Shown here one piece after another: positions 40,797-50,630 of a DNA stretch of 64,000 nucleotides. Below the pieces are notes generated by a model. It saw only the letters and a list, made by a program, of their open reading frames with translations. It had not been told where the DNA came from and did no database searches. Source of the stretch: Candidatus Multivoradales bacterium (GTDB lineage Bacteria > Acidobacteriota > Thermoanaerobaculia > Multivoradales > Multivoraceae). The position numbers were made by a program, and so were the translations under genes. The stretch covers positions 800,001-864,000 of the forward strand of contig CBDCWI010000001.1 of NCBI GenBank assembly GCA_965223325.1, written 5' to 3'. Position 1 is the stretch's first letter. Each line of letters opens with the position of its first letter.

Positions 40797-43063
40797 GACG
40801 CTTGGAGAGTGCCTCTGTTCGGAGGGACGAACTCGACCCTTTGTTGGCTGATCGCCAGGTCGTCGTGCCGCGCTTCGAGCACTGCCGTCCAGGTCGAGTT
40901 GGCAGAAAGCTCGGAGGTGTCGTCAAAGCGACGGCGCAGAACGACGATACGCCCCCTGCCGTTCTGCACCAGATACTCGCCGAGGGCGTTCAGCCCCCGC
41001 AACTCGACCTCTCGGTCGACGCTTTCGATCTGAATGCGCCCCTGCCAGTCGCGCACCCGCCGGCCCTCCGCGTCGACCACCAGGACTTCGACCTCACCGA
41101 GATCTCCAGGCAACAGGCGGCGGCCGCGGGCTCGCAAACGAAGCGCCGTCGCCCGCCCCCAAGGGTCGACTCGGGCCTCGACTGGCGACGCGAGACCAGG
41201 GACCCGAGCCATCAACGGCGCGTTGTCGAACGGCATTTCGAAGGTCGCCACCGGCCAGGCGGCCCCTGCCGTCGACAGATCGATTTCCTTCTGCACGCCC
41301 GCGCAGTCGACCTGCACCCGGGCCTGGTTCGAAACCACGGTCAGCTTCCTCTGCCGGGGACCGTCTTCAGACCAGTCTCCGTCGAGATGAACGAAGGGCT
41401 CGGTGGCGTAGCGGGCTCGCATCCACCAGGCGCCAATCCGCGGCTGCCTCATGCCGTCGAGGAGACCAGCTGCGCGAACGGTGCGATCGCGATAGCGGGT
41501 CGGGTAGTCGGCAAAACACCAGACCAGAAAGCCGGCGACGAAATCATGCGCCTGAATGATCGGCAGTTCGCGTTCCATGACGGTCGCCTGGCGCTCGGCG
41601 AGAGGCTCTTCGCCGAAACCGTGCGCTTCCAGACAGGGGTTCATGCATTCCGTCACCAGAACAGACCCAGCAGTCGCCGCCGCCTTCGCCCTCTCGAGCA
41701 CGTCGAGTTCATAGTTCACCCCCCACACCGCCGGCAGGCCAGTGGTGCGCCAGCGACGGGCACGGTAGAGGTGATTCTCGGCGTAGGTCACTGGGCGGGT
41801 GCCGTCGAGCAGACGCGCGGTATCGGCGAGCTGCAAGTAGGCACGACGCGACCGTGACTCGTTCCCCATGCCCCAGATCACCACCGAGGGCCGGTTGCGG
41901 TCGCGAGTAATCAAGCCGCGCCACTGGTCGAGAGCGCGGCGCAACCATCGACCCCCGCGAACGCTCTTCCAACTCGCCAGTTCGGCATAGACCATGAGGC
42001 CCTTCTCGTCGCAAGCGTCGAGAAACGCCGGGCTCTGCGGGTAGTGCGACAGGCGCACGAGGTTGCACCCGAGAGCCACGAGCTCGTCGACGTCGCGACG
42101 CGCCAGGGCCTCCGGAACCGCACTGCCAAAACCCGGGTGACACTCGTGCCGGTTCGCTCCGCGGAGCTCCAGACGTTCACCGTTCAAATGGAAGCCGGTC
42201 TCGCCCCAGCGCACCGAGCGGGCGCCGAAACGGAGCCGCTGACGGTCGAGCACTAGACCCTGTTCGTCAATCAGTTCGCCTCGCAGCTCGAGAAGACGCG
42301 GGTTCGCCGGCGACCAGCGTTCGAGGCGCGGACCTTGAAGCGTCAAGCGGCCAGCATCTGCCGAGCCGCGGGTCGTGGTTGCCGGAGCCGTTCCAACGGT
42401 CGACCAACCAGGCAACGGATCGCCCGCCGGGTCCACCAGGCTCCAGCGCGTCTGGAGCCGGCGGCTTGTCGAACCTTCGTTGCGAGCCCGGAAGCGCACC
42501 GTCAGGCGATCGGTAGCGCCCGCCTCAGCGGAGGTCGCGAGCCGCTGTTCCAGTTGAGTGATTCGCGTTCGCAGGTGGACCTCGGGAACGCGAACCAACT
42601 CCATCGAGCCTGCCAACCCACCGTAGAGCAGAAAGTCTGGTTCCTTGATGCCGGGTAGCCGGGACCTTTTGTGTTTGTTCTCGAGGCGTATGCCGATCTG
42701 GTGATGACCGGCCGAAACGACCTCTGACACATCGAGCCAGGTACCGAGAGAGGCGCCCTCGACCTTTCCCAGGCGACGCCTGTTCCAGAAGATCTCGGCA
42801 CTGCCCCAGAAGCCGCCCACCGAGAGACGCCAGCGAAAGCCCGGCACCCAGGCCCAGTCTTCGATCTCTAAAGTGCGCCAGTAGCAACCGAAACCACGCT
42901 GGTAGGAACCGGGATCCCAACCCTCGAAGGCGTTCCAGCAGTGCGGCAGATCAACCGGCTCTGAACCGGCGAGCGGCGCCTCCCCACGCCACGAGCGGCC
43001 TCCGTGGCCGAGCGCGAAGCTCCAATCGCGGTTCATTGGCAACACGAGGCGGTCGCCACTCAT
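40793..43063 (-). CDS. Glycoside hydrolase family 2 (beta-galactosidase/glucuronidase-like)
   Basis: LRGANRHE, RLSHYPQ, CDEKG, WGMGNE acid/base; ATGA overlap with galK. Confidence 0.87.
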   Translation of the reverse strand: MSGDRLVLPMNRDWSFALGHGGRSWRGEAPLAGSEPVDLPHCWNAFEGWDPGSYQRGFGCYWRTLEIEDWAWVPGFRWRLSVGGFWGSAEIFWNRRRLGKVEGASLGTWLDVSEVVSAGHHQIGIRLENKHKRSRLPGIKEPDFLLYGGLAGSMELVRVPEVHLRTRITQLEQRLATSAEAGATDRLTVRFRARNEGSTSRRLQTRWSLVDPAGDPLPGWSTVGTAPATTTRGSADAGRLTLQGPRLERWSPANPRLLELRGELIDEQGLVLDRQRLRFGARSVRWGETGFHLNGERLELRGANRHECHPGFGSAVPEALARRDVDELVALGCNLVRLSHYPQSPAFLDACDEKGLMVYAELASWKSVRGGRWLRRALDQWRGLITRDRNRPSVVIWGMGNESRSRRAYLQLADTARLLDGTRPVTYAENHLYRARRWRTTGLPAVWGVNYELDVLERAKAAATAGSVLVTECMNPCLEAHGFGEEPLAERQATVMERELPIIQAHDFVAGFLVWCFADYPTRYRDRTVRAAGLLDGMRQPRIGAWWMRARYATEPFVHLDGDWSEDGPRQRKLTVVSNQARVQVDCAGVQKEIDLSTAGAAWPVATFEMPFDNAPLMARVPGLASPVEARVDPWGRATALRLRARGRRLLPGDLGEVEVLVVDAEGRRVRDWQGRIQIESVDREVELRGLNALGEYLVQNGRGRIVVLRRRFDDTSELSANSTWTAVLEARHDDLAISQQRVEFVPPNRGTLQAS

Positions 43064-43359
43064 GACGTCGTCCGGCCAGGAGGAAATCAGCTACCCGCTC
43101 CATCGACGCGGTTCGGGAGCCCAGCAAGTCCAGCAGGCAGCTCTCTCGCTCAGGTGACGAACGCCTGGAACCTGCAGAACCATCGAACAAACTCCTCGCG
43201 GAAGAACTCACACCCGGCGTGGGACGCACGGCAACCGCGCCATGGGTGCAGAGCGGCGAAACGAAAACCAGGGGTCATGCTATCCGCTGCGGCCTCCCCA
43301 AAGGGCAGCCACCGGCCTCCAAGCTCGGAAGCGCAACCTACCGGAGCAACCGAGACTTC

Positions 43360-45690
43360 CTAGCGCAGGCCCAGCCGGTAGGTCACGACGAAGTTGCGCT
43401 CCGGTTGCGGGCGAAAGGCCCCGATGTTGGTGAACTCGGCGTAGAGCTCGTCGGTGAGGTTCTCGATCACCAGACCCAGACGATGCTCCTGGCGGTCGTT
43501 CGAAACCAAGGTCGTAAACGCCGCGATCTCGTGCAGCGTGAACGACGGCAGGGTCGGCCCGGCGAGCGGGACCGGATCGCCGGCTTCGAACACCGCGCGG
43601 CGATCTTCGTTATGGCGGAGGCGATACTCGACACTCCACCGGGGGCGCTCGTAGCGCGCCCACAGGCTGCCCTTGTCTTCGGGGACATCACCCGACGGAG
43701 GATTGTCGGCATCGATGCGCTCGCTGTTGAGATGGGTGTAGCTACCGCCGACGCTCCAGCTCTTTGCGAAGCTCCAGCCGCCCGAGACCTCGACACCCTC
43801 GAAGCGCACCCGATCGACGTTGCGCTGTTGCACCACGAAGCTGGCGCCGGCCTGCGCGATCGCCTGGCGGGTCACAGCCGGCAGGCCCGCGATCTCTGCG
43901 GGTGACAGAAAATCCTGCACGATGCCGTTGTCGATCTGGTTCTCGAAGTACACAGCTTCGGCCCACCCTCTGCGGTTGCGGTACTTGAAGCCAAAGTCGA
44001 AGTAGTCGCTGGTCTCGGACTCGAGTGACGGGTTGAGAATCTGGTAGCCGAACCCTTCCGGGGTGACGCCGTTGAACAGGCGCTCGATGATGCTGGGGGC
44101 GCGGAAAGCGGTACCCACCGAGCCGACCAACTCGAATGAGTCGTTGAGCTGCCAGAGCACATTGAGCGCCCCGACCACCTGGTCGTCATCGAAATCGAGA
44201 CCCTGGGTGTCGAGCCCCGGCGTGTTGACGGCGCGCGTTTCGACGTTCTGGTAGCGCACCCCGAGGATCAACTGCAGGCGATCGGTGACTGCGAACTCGT
44301 CCTGGACGAAGAGCCCGTAGGAGGTGTTGCGCGCGTTAGGAGTGTTGGCCACCGTATCGGTATCACTGAAGCTGCACTCGAAGGGCGGTGCGAAGTCGAT
44401 GCAGGTGAAGCCAGGGATCTCACCGATGACAGACGGCGGGAACGGAAAACGAAAGGTGGTGACCTGGTCCGAGCGATCGGTGTTTCGAGAGTCGTCCTCG
44501 CCCCATTCGACGCCGGCGGTGAGAAAGTTGCGTTCACCGGCTCTCCGCGTCGCCTCGGCCCGCACACCACGTGTATCGACATCGGTGAAGTTGAGCGTAT
44601 CGATGGTGATACCCGAGGACGGTGCTCCCGGAAAAATCGGCCCGATGTTGATGTCACCGAGGAACGCCAGCTCACGCTCGTTGCTCTGGTCGAAGATGCG
44701 CACGTCGAAGGTATTGAGCGCCGTGCCGGTGTAGCCGCCACCGCTCCAGTGCAACACGTAGCGATCGAAGTCCTGGAAGGGATACAGAATGCGGGTCTGT
44801 GTGCCGTTGAAGGCCGGGTCGATGAGCTCGGGATCGACGAAGCCGAAGCCGAACTGGTCGGCGCGGTAGCGATGGCCTCTAAAGGTCAGCGACTGGCGCT
44901 CGTTCCACTGCCAGCCGAGCCGGCCGGATACTGTGTCGTCTTCGACTCCACTGTCGATGACCTCAGTGGCACCGTCGAGCCGAATCGCACCGAAGGAACC
45001 GCTCGGCGCGTCGTAGTTCTCGGCGTCTCGCGTCGAGCCGCGCAGCGAGAAGGCGAAGGTCGGTCCCGAACCGGCGAGCCAGCCACCGAGCTTTTCCTGC
45101 TCGTCGGCACTCGAGGCACGCACATCGAGGCCACCACGATAGGCGACGGGCGCAGAAAACGTCGTGCCGGTGGGAACCAGGTTGATGACCCCCCCGATCG
45201 CACCGCTGCCATAGAGCACTGACGCCGGCCCACGCACGACTTCGACCTTCGCTACCCCGTCGAGGTCGGAAAGGCCTGTGATCTCGCCGAAGTCTGCCTG
45301 CCGCCGCGGGTTGTTGATCGACAGCCCGTCCTCGAGAAACAGGATGCGCAGGCCGCGCTGGCCGCGAATCACTGGCCTGACCTGGTTCGGGCCGACCCCG
45401 TTGAGGTCGACTCCTGGCTCCAAGGCCAGCAGCTCGGCGGGGTTGTCGACGGGATGTTCGTCGATGTCCTCGATGACCGAAACCGACATCGGGACGTCGA
45501 AGACGTCGACCTCGGTGCGGGTCGCGGTCACTGTGGTCTCGATGTGCAGGATGTCCCGGGCGTCGTCGTCCTTGTCGGCAGACGCCTGGGCCATCAGCGG
45601 AGCCACGAAGGCGACCAGTGAAAACAGGAACAGGCCGAACCGGGAGGATGAGAGGGGCAGTCGAGATCGATTCTCACACTGGCGATGCAT
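43360..45690 (-). CDS. TonB-dependent outer-membrane receptor
   Basis: Signal peptide, TVTATRT, PVIRG, VEVVRGPASVLYGSGAIGGVIN, FRAP/NPSL, ENLTDELY. Confidence 0.92.
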   Translation of the reverse strand: MHRQCENRSRLPLSSSRFGLFLFSLVAFVAPLMAQASADKDDDARDILHIETTVTATRTEVDVFDVPMSVSVIEDIDEHPVDNPAELLALEPGVDLNGVGPNQVRPVIRGQRGLRILFLEDGLSINNPRRQADFGEITGLSDLDGVAKVEVVRGPASVLYGSGAIGGVINLVPTGTTFSAPVAYRGGLDVRASSADEQEKLGGWLAGSGPTFAFSLRGSTRDAENYDAPSGSFGAIRLDGATEVIDSGVEDDTVSGRLGWQWNERQSLTFRGHRYRADQFGFGFVDPELIDPAFNGTQTRILYPFQDFDRYVLHWSGGGYTGTALNTFDVRIFDQSNERELAFLGDINIGPIFPGAPSSGITIDTLNFTDVDTRGVRAEATRRAGERNFLTAGVEWGEDDSRNTDRSDQVTTFRFPFPPSVIGEIPGFTCIDFAPPFECSFSDTDTVANTPNARNTSYGLFVQDEFAVTDRLQLILGVRYQNVETRAVNTPGLDTQGLDFDDDQVVGALNVLWQLNDSFELVGSVGTAFRAPSIIERLFNGVTPEGFGYQILNPSLESETSDYFDFGFKYRNRRGWAEAVYFENQIDNGIVQDFLSPAEIAGLPAVTRQAIAQAGASFVVQQRNVDRVRFEGVEVSGGWSFAKSWSVGGSYTHLNSERIDADNPPSGDVPEDKGSLWARYERPRWSVEYRLRHNEDRRAVFEAGDPVPLAGPTLPSFTLHEIAAFTTLVSNDRQEHRLGLVIENLTDELYAEFTNIGAFRPQPERNFVVTYRLGLR

Positions 45691-45818
45691 GGCAGAGCTC
45701 CGATGCCACGAGGAGGACCGTGGCACAGTCAAGACTAGGTTCCGAAAGTACGTCTCAAGGAACCTCCATCCTGACCGCGGCGGAGGCCATCTTTGTCACC
45801 GTCACGTCACCCGAGTTT

Positions 45819-46748
45819 CTACCGCCGCTTCTCCTTGCCCGATCCACCCGCCGCCAACGGCTCGGCGGGAGCTTTGAACGCTTCCGGCTCACTCGGCCGC
45901 CTGAGCGCACGAACGACGAGATAGAGCCCCACCAGAAAGATCGGAATCGAAAACAGCTGGCCCTTGCTCATCCAGCCGAAGAAGAGCTCGTAGCCGGTGT
46001 CGGGTTCGCGCCAGAACTCGTCACAGATTCGTACCACCGCATAGGTGATCGCCGCGGCGCCGGAGGTCAGGCCGGGGCGACGGCTGAACTTGTGCACCAA
46101 CGAAGCGACCACGAAGACCAGAAGACCCTCGCCGAGCGCGGCGTAGAGCTGCGATGGGTGGCGAGGTGTGGGAACGCCGCCGTCGGCCCAGCGCGTCGCC
46201 TCGGGGAAGATCACCGCCCAGGGCACTTCTGATGGCCTTCCCCAAAGCTCGCCGTTGATGAAGTTCGCGATGCGGCCGAGGAAGACGCCAATCGGCGCCG
46301 TCGCCGCCACCGCGTCCAGCATGACCAGGCGGGAACGGTTGTGACGGGTCGCCCAGATGGCCACGCCAACTAGAAGGCCGATGATCCCACCGTGACTCGC
46401 CATACCACCTTCCCAGACTCGGAAGACATAGAGCGGGTCGCTCACCAGACGGTCCCAGGCGTAGAGCACGCAGTAGCCAAGGCGCCCGCCAACGAACATC
46501 GGAAGGAAGGCGCCGTAGAGAACGAACTCTTCGACCCGCCACGCCGGCAAGGGCAGGCGGTCCTCGCGCGCGAAGCGGCGCATCATCCACCAGGCCGCGA
46601 GGGCACCGACGAGGTAGGCGAGCCCATACCAGCGCAAGGCCAGTTGATCGGTGATGTGGATGATCTCGCTATCGAGATCATGCACCCACCAGGTGCGCTC
46701 GATGGCTGCCTTGGAGGCCTCTTGGAACGCGGCGATTGTTATAGTCAT
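45819..46748 (-). CDS. lgt: Prolipoprotein diacylglyceryl transferase
   Basis: RWYGLAY, GGRLGY, GGMASHGG, GRIANFINGELWGR, HPSQLY. Confidence 0.95.
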   Translation of the reverse strand: MTITIAAFQEASKAAIERTWWVHDLDSEIIHITDQLALRWYGLAYLVGALAAWWMMRRFAREDRLPLPAWRVEEFVLYGAFLPMFVGGRLGYCVLYAWDRLVSDPLYVFRVWEGGMASHGGIIGLLVGVAIWATRHNRSRLVMLDAVAATAPIGVFLGRIANFINGELWGRPSEVPWAVIFPEATRWADGGVPTPRHPSQLYAALGEGLLVFVVASLVHKFSRRPGLTSGAAAITYAVVRICDEFWREPDTGYELFFGWMSKGQLFSIPIFLVGLYLVVRALRRPSEPEAFKAPAEPLAAGGSGKEKRR

Positions 46749-47027
46749 GACTTCGATTCAAGCTTCCAGGAGAACTGGCCGGAAGGACGTACCACCGCGA
46801 AGCGCACCCGGCCGAAGTTCCTCTCACCGGGAATGCATCCGTTCGCTGAGCACGAACGGATGCCTCTGACACCTGAGCTTCTAACGGTGAGCGTCACCCG
46901 CGACGCACATCTTCCTGGTTGTTCCGAACGCTCCCAATGAGCGGAGATCGTAGCAGTCGGGCCCGTACTCCGGGCGCTCTCTCACGATCGGGATGCGTCC
47001 CATCCTCCCGCAGCAGAAGGACTCCCC

Positions 47028-47870
47028 ATGACCCCCAACGTTAAGCAACCCGCCACCGAGCTGGCCGACATCCAGAACAGTGAAGACCTGCGGGACGTGC
47101 GCATCGACAAGGTCGGTGTCTCGCGAATCGACTGGCCGATCGTGGTTGAGGACCGTGCACACGGCAAGCAGAACACGGTCGCCCGCATCAACATGTTCGT
47201 TGACCTTCCAGCGCACTTCAAGGGAACCCACATGAGTCGTTTCCTCGAGGTCCTGGGTGCCTACGAGGGAGCGATCAGTGCCGACTCCATCCCGGAGATC
47301 CTCGACCGCATGCGCGATCGGCTCAACGCGGACACCGCCCACTTCCGCGCCGAGTTCCCCTACTTCATGGAGAAGCGCGCCCCGGTCACCGACAAACCCG
47401 GCATGATGGGGTTTACCTGCACCTTCGACGCATGCGCGGGCACCCACAACGACTTCGTGCTGGGTGTCGACGTTCCGGTCACCACCCTGTGCCCATGCTC
47501 GAAGGAGATCAGCGCTCGCGGCGCACACAACCAGCGCGGCCTCGTGAAGCTGCGCGTTCGATTCACCGAACGCGTCTGGCTCGAGGAACTGATCGAGTGG
47601 ATCGAGGCCTCGGCGAGCTGCGCGCTCTACCCGGTCCTGAAGCGCCCAGACGAGAAGTGGGTCACCGAGCGCGCCTACGACAACCCGCGCTTCGTCGAGG
47701 ACCTCAGCCGCGAAGTCGTGGTGCGACTGCGCAAGGACGAGCGTATTCGCTGGTTCTCAGTCGAGGTCGAGAACTTCGAGTCCATCCACGCCCACAACGC
47801 CTACGCCTCGATCACCGGTTGGATGGACGGCCACGAGCCGACCGCCGACTGCGCCGGAAACAGCAGTTGA
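47028..47870 (+). CDS. folE2: GTP cyclohydrolase I type 2 (FolE2)
   Basis: KGTHMSRF, TTLCPCSKEIS, GAHNQR, LKRPDEK, ESIHAHNA. Confidence 0.94.
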   Translation: MTPNVKQPATELADIQNSEDLRDVRIDKVGVSRIDWPIVVEDRAHGKQNTVARINMFVDLPAHFKGTHMSRFLEVLGAYEGAISADSIPEILDRMRDRLNADTAHFRAEFPYFMEKRAPVTDKPGMMGFTCTFDACAGTHNDFVLGVDVPVTTLCPCSKEISARGAHNQRGLVKLRVRFTERVWLEELIEWIEASASCALYPVLKRPDEKWVTERAYDNPRFVEDLSREVVVRLRKDERIRWFSVEVENFESIHAHNAYASITGWMDGHEPTADCAGNSS

Positions 47871-47872
47871 GC

Positions 47873-49300
47873 ATGAGCATCGAAGTGCCGCGTTTCGAGA
47901 CTACGCAAGAGAGAACACTCGTGCCACGGCGCCGTGTCGCCCGCGGTCTCACCGTTCTGTTCCTCTCGTGCGCCCTATGGGCCTGCGGCGACGAAGACCC
48001 CTTCGAGGTCCTGCCCGAGGAGCCTCCCTCGATCGTGCTGATCGACCTGGGAACGCTGCGGGCCGATCGCCTCGGCGCCTGGGGCTACGAGCGCGCCTCG
48101 ACAGCGGCGATCGACGAGCTCGCTGCCAAGTCGGTGCGTTTCGACTGGGCCTTCGCGCAAGCTCCAGAGCCAGCGGCGGCGCACGCCTCGCTGCTCACAG
48201 GCCTCTACCCCACCACGCACGGCATGGTCGGCCCGACCTCGAAACTCGCCGAAGACACCCCAACCATCGCAACGCTCTTGGCGGAGGCCGGCTATGCCAC
48301 CGCCGCCTTCACCGACGGCGGCTACCTGAGCGCCGGCAGCGGTCTCCTGAATGGTTTCGAGCACCAGACCAACGTCGAGGGTGGCGGCTTCGCGCGCGGC
48401 GCCGAAGCGGCGCTGGCGTGGATCATGGAGCAGCCAAGCGAGCGACCGTTCTTCGTCCTCATCCATGGTGAAGACCTGCGCGCCCCCTATGGCTGGCCCG
48501 AAGTGCTCAACGACCCGTACTTCAAAACCCTCTGGAACGAACCAATTCCCGCAGGCTTCGACCCGACTCCCCAGGGCCTCGCCGCGATGCGCGCCGAGGA
48601 CCCCGACGACGAGCGGCATGCCAAGACAGTGGAACTGCTGAGAGCGCTCTACGACACCAGTCTCCATCGCCTCGACCAGAGCATCGGAGCGTTCTCGAGT
48701 GGGCTTCGGGGAAAAGGGGGTCTGCCCAACACCGTGATCGTCTTCGCCGGTGCCCACGGCGAGAACTTCGGGGAGCGCGGTGAACTGCTCCACGACGCGC
48801 TCCTGCCGAGCAGTGTCCGGGTGCCGCTTCTCCTCACCCTGCCAGCGGCAGGCGACGACCAGGCGCAGATCGAGACCACCCGTACGATCGAACACGCGGT
48901 CGAAATGGTCGACGTGGCGCCAACCCTCCTCGATCTGGCGGGCGCTCCGATTCCGGCCAACCTGCAGGGCGACAGCCTGACGCCGCTCCTCGTCGGGCTC
49001 TCCTTTCCGCGCTACTTCGCCTTCTCCGAAGCGGGCGGCGACGACGGGCCGCGCGCCGCGACCCTCGAGGGCTGGCAGCTACTCCGCCACGCGGATGGGA
49101 CGCACGAACTGTTCGCGCTCGCCAGCAATACGCCCCTCGCCAACGCCGCAGCCCAAGCACCCGACAAACTGCTGGTGCTCAGCCGTCACCTCGACGCCTG
49201 GCAGGAGAGGGCGCTAGCGGCCCGTGCGGGAGACAGCGGCGAGGCCACCCTGGATGAAGAGACCCTGCGCCAGCTCGAAAACCTCGGCTACATCCAGTAA
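47873..49300 (+). CDS. Sulfatase-like lipoprotein with a degenerate active site
   Basis: Lipobox LWAC; TLRADRLG, HASLLTGLYP, HGENFGE, VDVAPTLL, QLENLGYIQ terminus. Confidence 0.8.
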   Translation: MSIEVPRFETTQERTLVPRRRVARGLTVLFLSCALWACGDEDPFEVLPEEPPSIVLIDLGTLRADRLGAWGYERASTAAIDELAAKSVRFDWAFAQAPEPAAAHASLLTGLYPTTHGMVGPTSKLAEDTPTIATLLAEAGYATAAFTDGGYLSAGSGLLNGFEHQTNVEGGGFARGAEAALAWIMEQPSERPFFVLIHGEDLRAPYGWPEVLNDPYFKTLWNEPIPAGFDPTPQGLAAMRAEDPDDERHAKTVELLRALYDTSLHRLDQSIGAFSSGLRGKGGLPNTVIVFAGAHGENFGERGELLHDALLPSSVRVPLLLTLPAAGDDQAQIETTRTIEHAVEMVDVAPTLLDLAGAPIPANLQGDSLTPLLVGLSFPRYFAFSEAGGDDGPRAATLEGWQLLRHADGTHELFALASNTPLANAAAQAPDKLLVLSRHLDAWQERALAARAGDSGEATLDEETLRQLENLGYIQ

Positions 49301-49525
49301 CCCTCTCATTCACCGGCCAGGCCCAGAGGGGGAACCAACCTCCCAGGCCGCTCGGAGAGTCGACCTACGGTTTCCCGAGGGGTGACCTGTTGCCGCTCCG
49401 CCTCTAACCTGCTGCGGAGTCGCCTCATCTATTGTTCAACTCCGTGGTAGTGCCGTCTTCCAGTCGGCGCGCGCTCGAGCGACCCCCGTCGCGCCCCGAG
49501 TCACCGTCCCTGGAGGAAGGTAGCC

Positions 49526-50032
49526 GTGACAGAGATCCTCACCTGGATCGAGAACACCGGGCTTGCGGTCTGGGTCCGCGAGTCGGTCTCGCTTTGGGCC
49601 TTCCCCGGTATTTTGTCGTTTCACACATTCGGGTTGGCGTTCCTGGTCGGAATCAGCGCCGCTTTCGATCTCAGGGTCCTGGGGATAGCCAAGAGCATCC
49701 CGCTGCACCCCATGCGGCAATTCTTTCGCGCCGCCTGGCTGGGCTTCTGGGTGAACACCATCTCGGGTGTCCTGCTGCTGATGGCCTACGCCACTTCGCT
49801 GGCCAAGAACCCGGTGTTCATCGTCAAGATGGTTCTGGTCTTCCTGGCGGTCGCTAACATGTACTGGCTCAACCGCACGGTCTACGCGGCTTCGGCAAAC
49901 GACCTGTCGGAGAACCGGCTACCTGAGAAGGCACGCATGCTCGCCCTTTCCTCGCTGGGCCTGTGGTTCGGCGCGATCGTCACCGGCCGACTGGTGGCCT
50001 ACATCGATCTGGTCAAGGGGCTCTTCACATGA
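49526..50032 (+). CDS. DUF6644-like 4-TM membrane protein
   Basis: H..GLA.LVG....DLR.LG, SGxLL, FxxKM, GRLVAY. Confidence 0.7.
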   Translation: MTEILTWIENTGLAVWVRESVSLWAFPGILSFHTFGLAFLVGISAAFDLRVLGIAKSIPLHPMRQFFRAAWLGFWVNTISGVLLLMAYATSLAKNPVFIVKMVLVFLAVANMYWLNRTVYAASANDLSENRLPEKARMLALSSLGLWFGAIVTGRLVAYIDLVKGLFT

Positions 50033-50059
50033 GCTCGGGCACATGAAGAAGGGGCGCTC

Positions 50060-50599
50060 GTGATGTTGCAGAATCTCTCAGATTGGTTGTGGCAAGAGTG
50101 GCTGGCGGATGCGGTCGTGGAGTACTCCTTTCTCCAGCCGTGCTTCGAAGTTCTGCACTTCACCGGCTTGGCGCTTCTGGTTGGCATCGTTGGCATGCTC
50201 GACCTTCGCCTCCTCGGGCTCGGCAAGGGAGTTCCGATCGCCGCCATTCACCGGCTCTTGCCGTGGGGCATCTTCGGGTTTGGCCTCACTCTCGTCACTG
50301 GCGTCTTGTTCATCGTCGGGGATCCGTTCAAGGAGCCACTGGTGTTCTTTCTGAACCTCTCCTTCCGCCTCAAGATGCTGTTCGTTGTCCTCGCCGGCAT
50401 CAACGCTCTGTCGTTCTACGTCACCGGGATCGCGAAACGAACCGACGCACTCGGACCGCACGACGACGCGCCGATGGGCGCCAAGTTCATTGCCGCCACG
50501 TCAATCCTCTTGTGGATCGGAGTGATGTACTTCGGCCGCATGCTGCCGTGGGCAGACGCGCTCTACCTGCTGTTCGGCGAACCCGACACTTTCGGCTGA
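50060..50599 (+). CDS. DUF6644-like 4-TM membrane protein (paralog)
   Basis: LHFTGLALLVG...DLRLLG, FRLKM, GRMLPW. Confidence 0.7.
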   Translation: MMLQNLSDWLWQEWLADAVVEYSFLQPCFEVLHFTGLALLVGIVGMLDLRLLGLGKGVPIAAIHRLLPWGIFGFGLTLVTGVLFIVGDPFKEPLVFFLNLSFRLKMLFVVLAGINALSFYVTGIAKRTDALGPHDDAPMGAKFIAATSILLWIGVMYFGRMLPWADALYLLFGEPDTFG

Positions 50600-50630
50600 T
50601 CCCCGGCCAGGACCGGCGCTCCGAAACGGC

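Noticed and set aside
43064-43359. Riboswitch or small gene between the TonB receptor and GH2
   Set aside because: No recognisable aptamer consensus or convincing ORF by eye; an Rfam scan would be needed.
47432-47872. N-terminal extension of the sulfatase ORF (similar extensions at 14013-16058, 35618-37141, 38576)
   Set aside because: They overlap well-supported neighbouring genes; open frames are common at this GC content.
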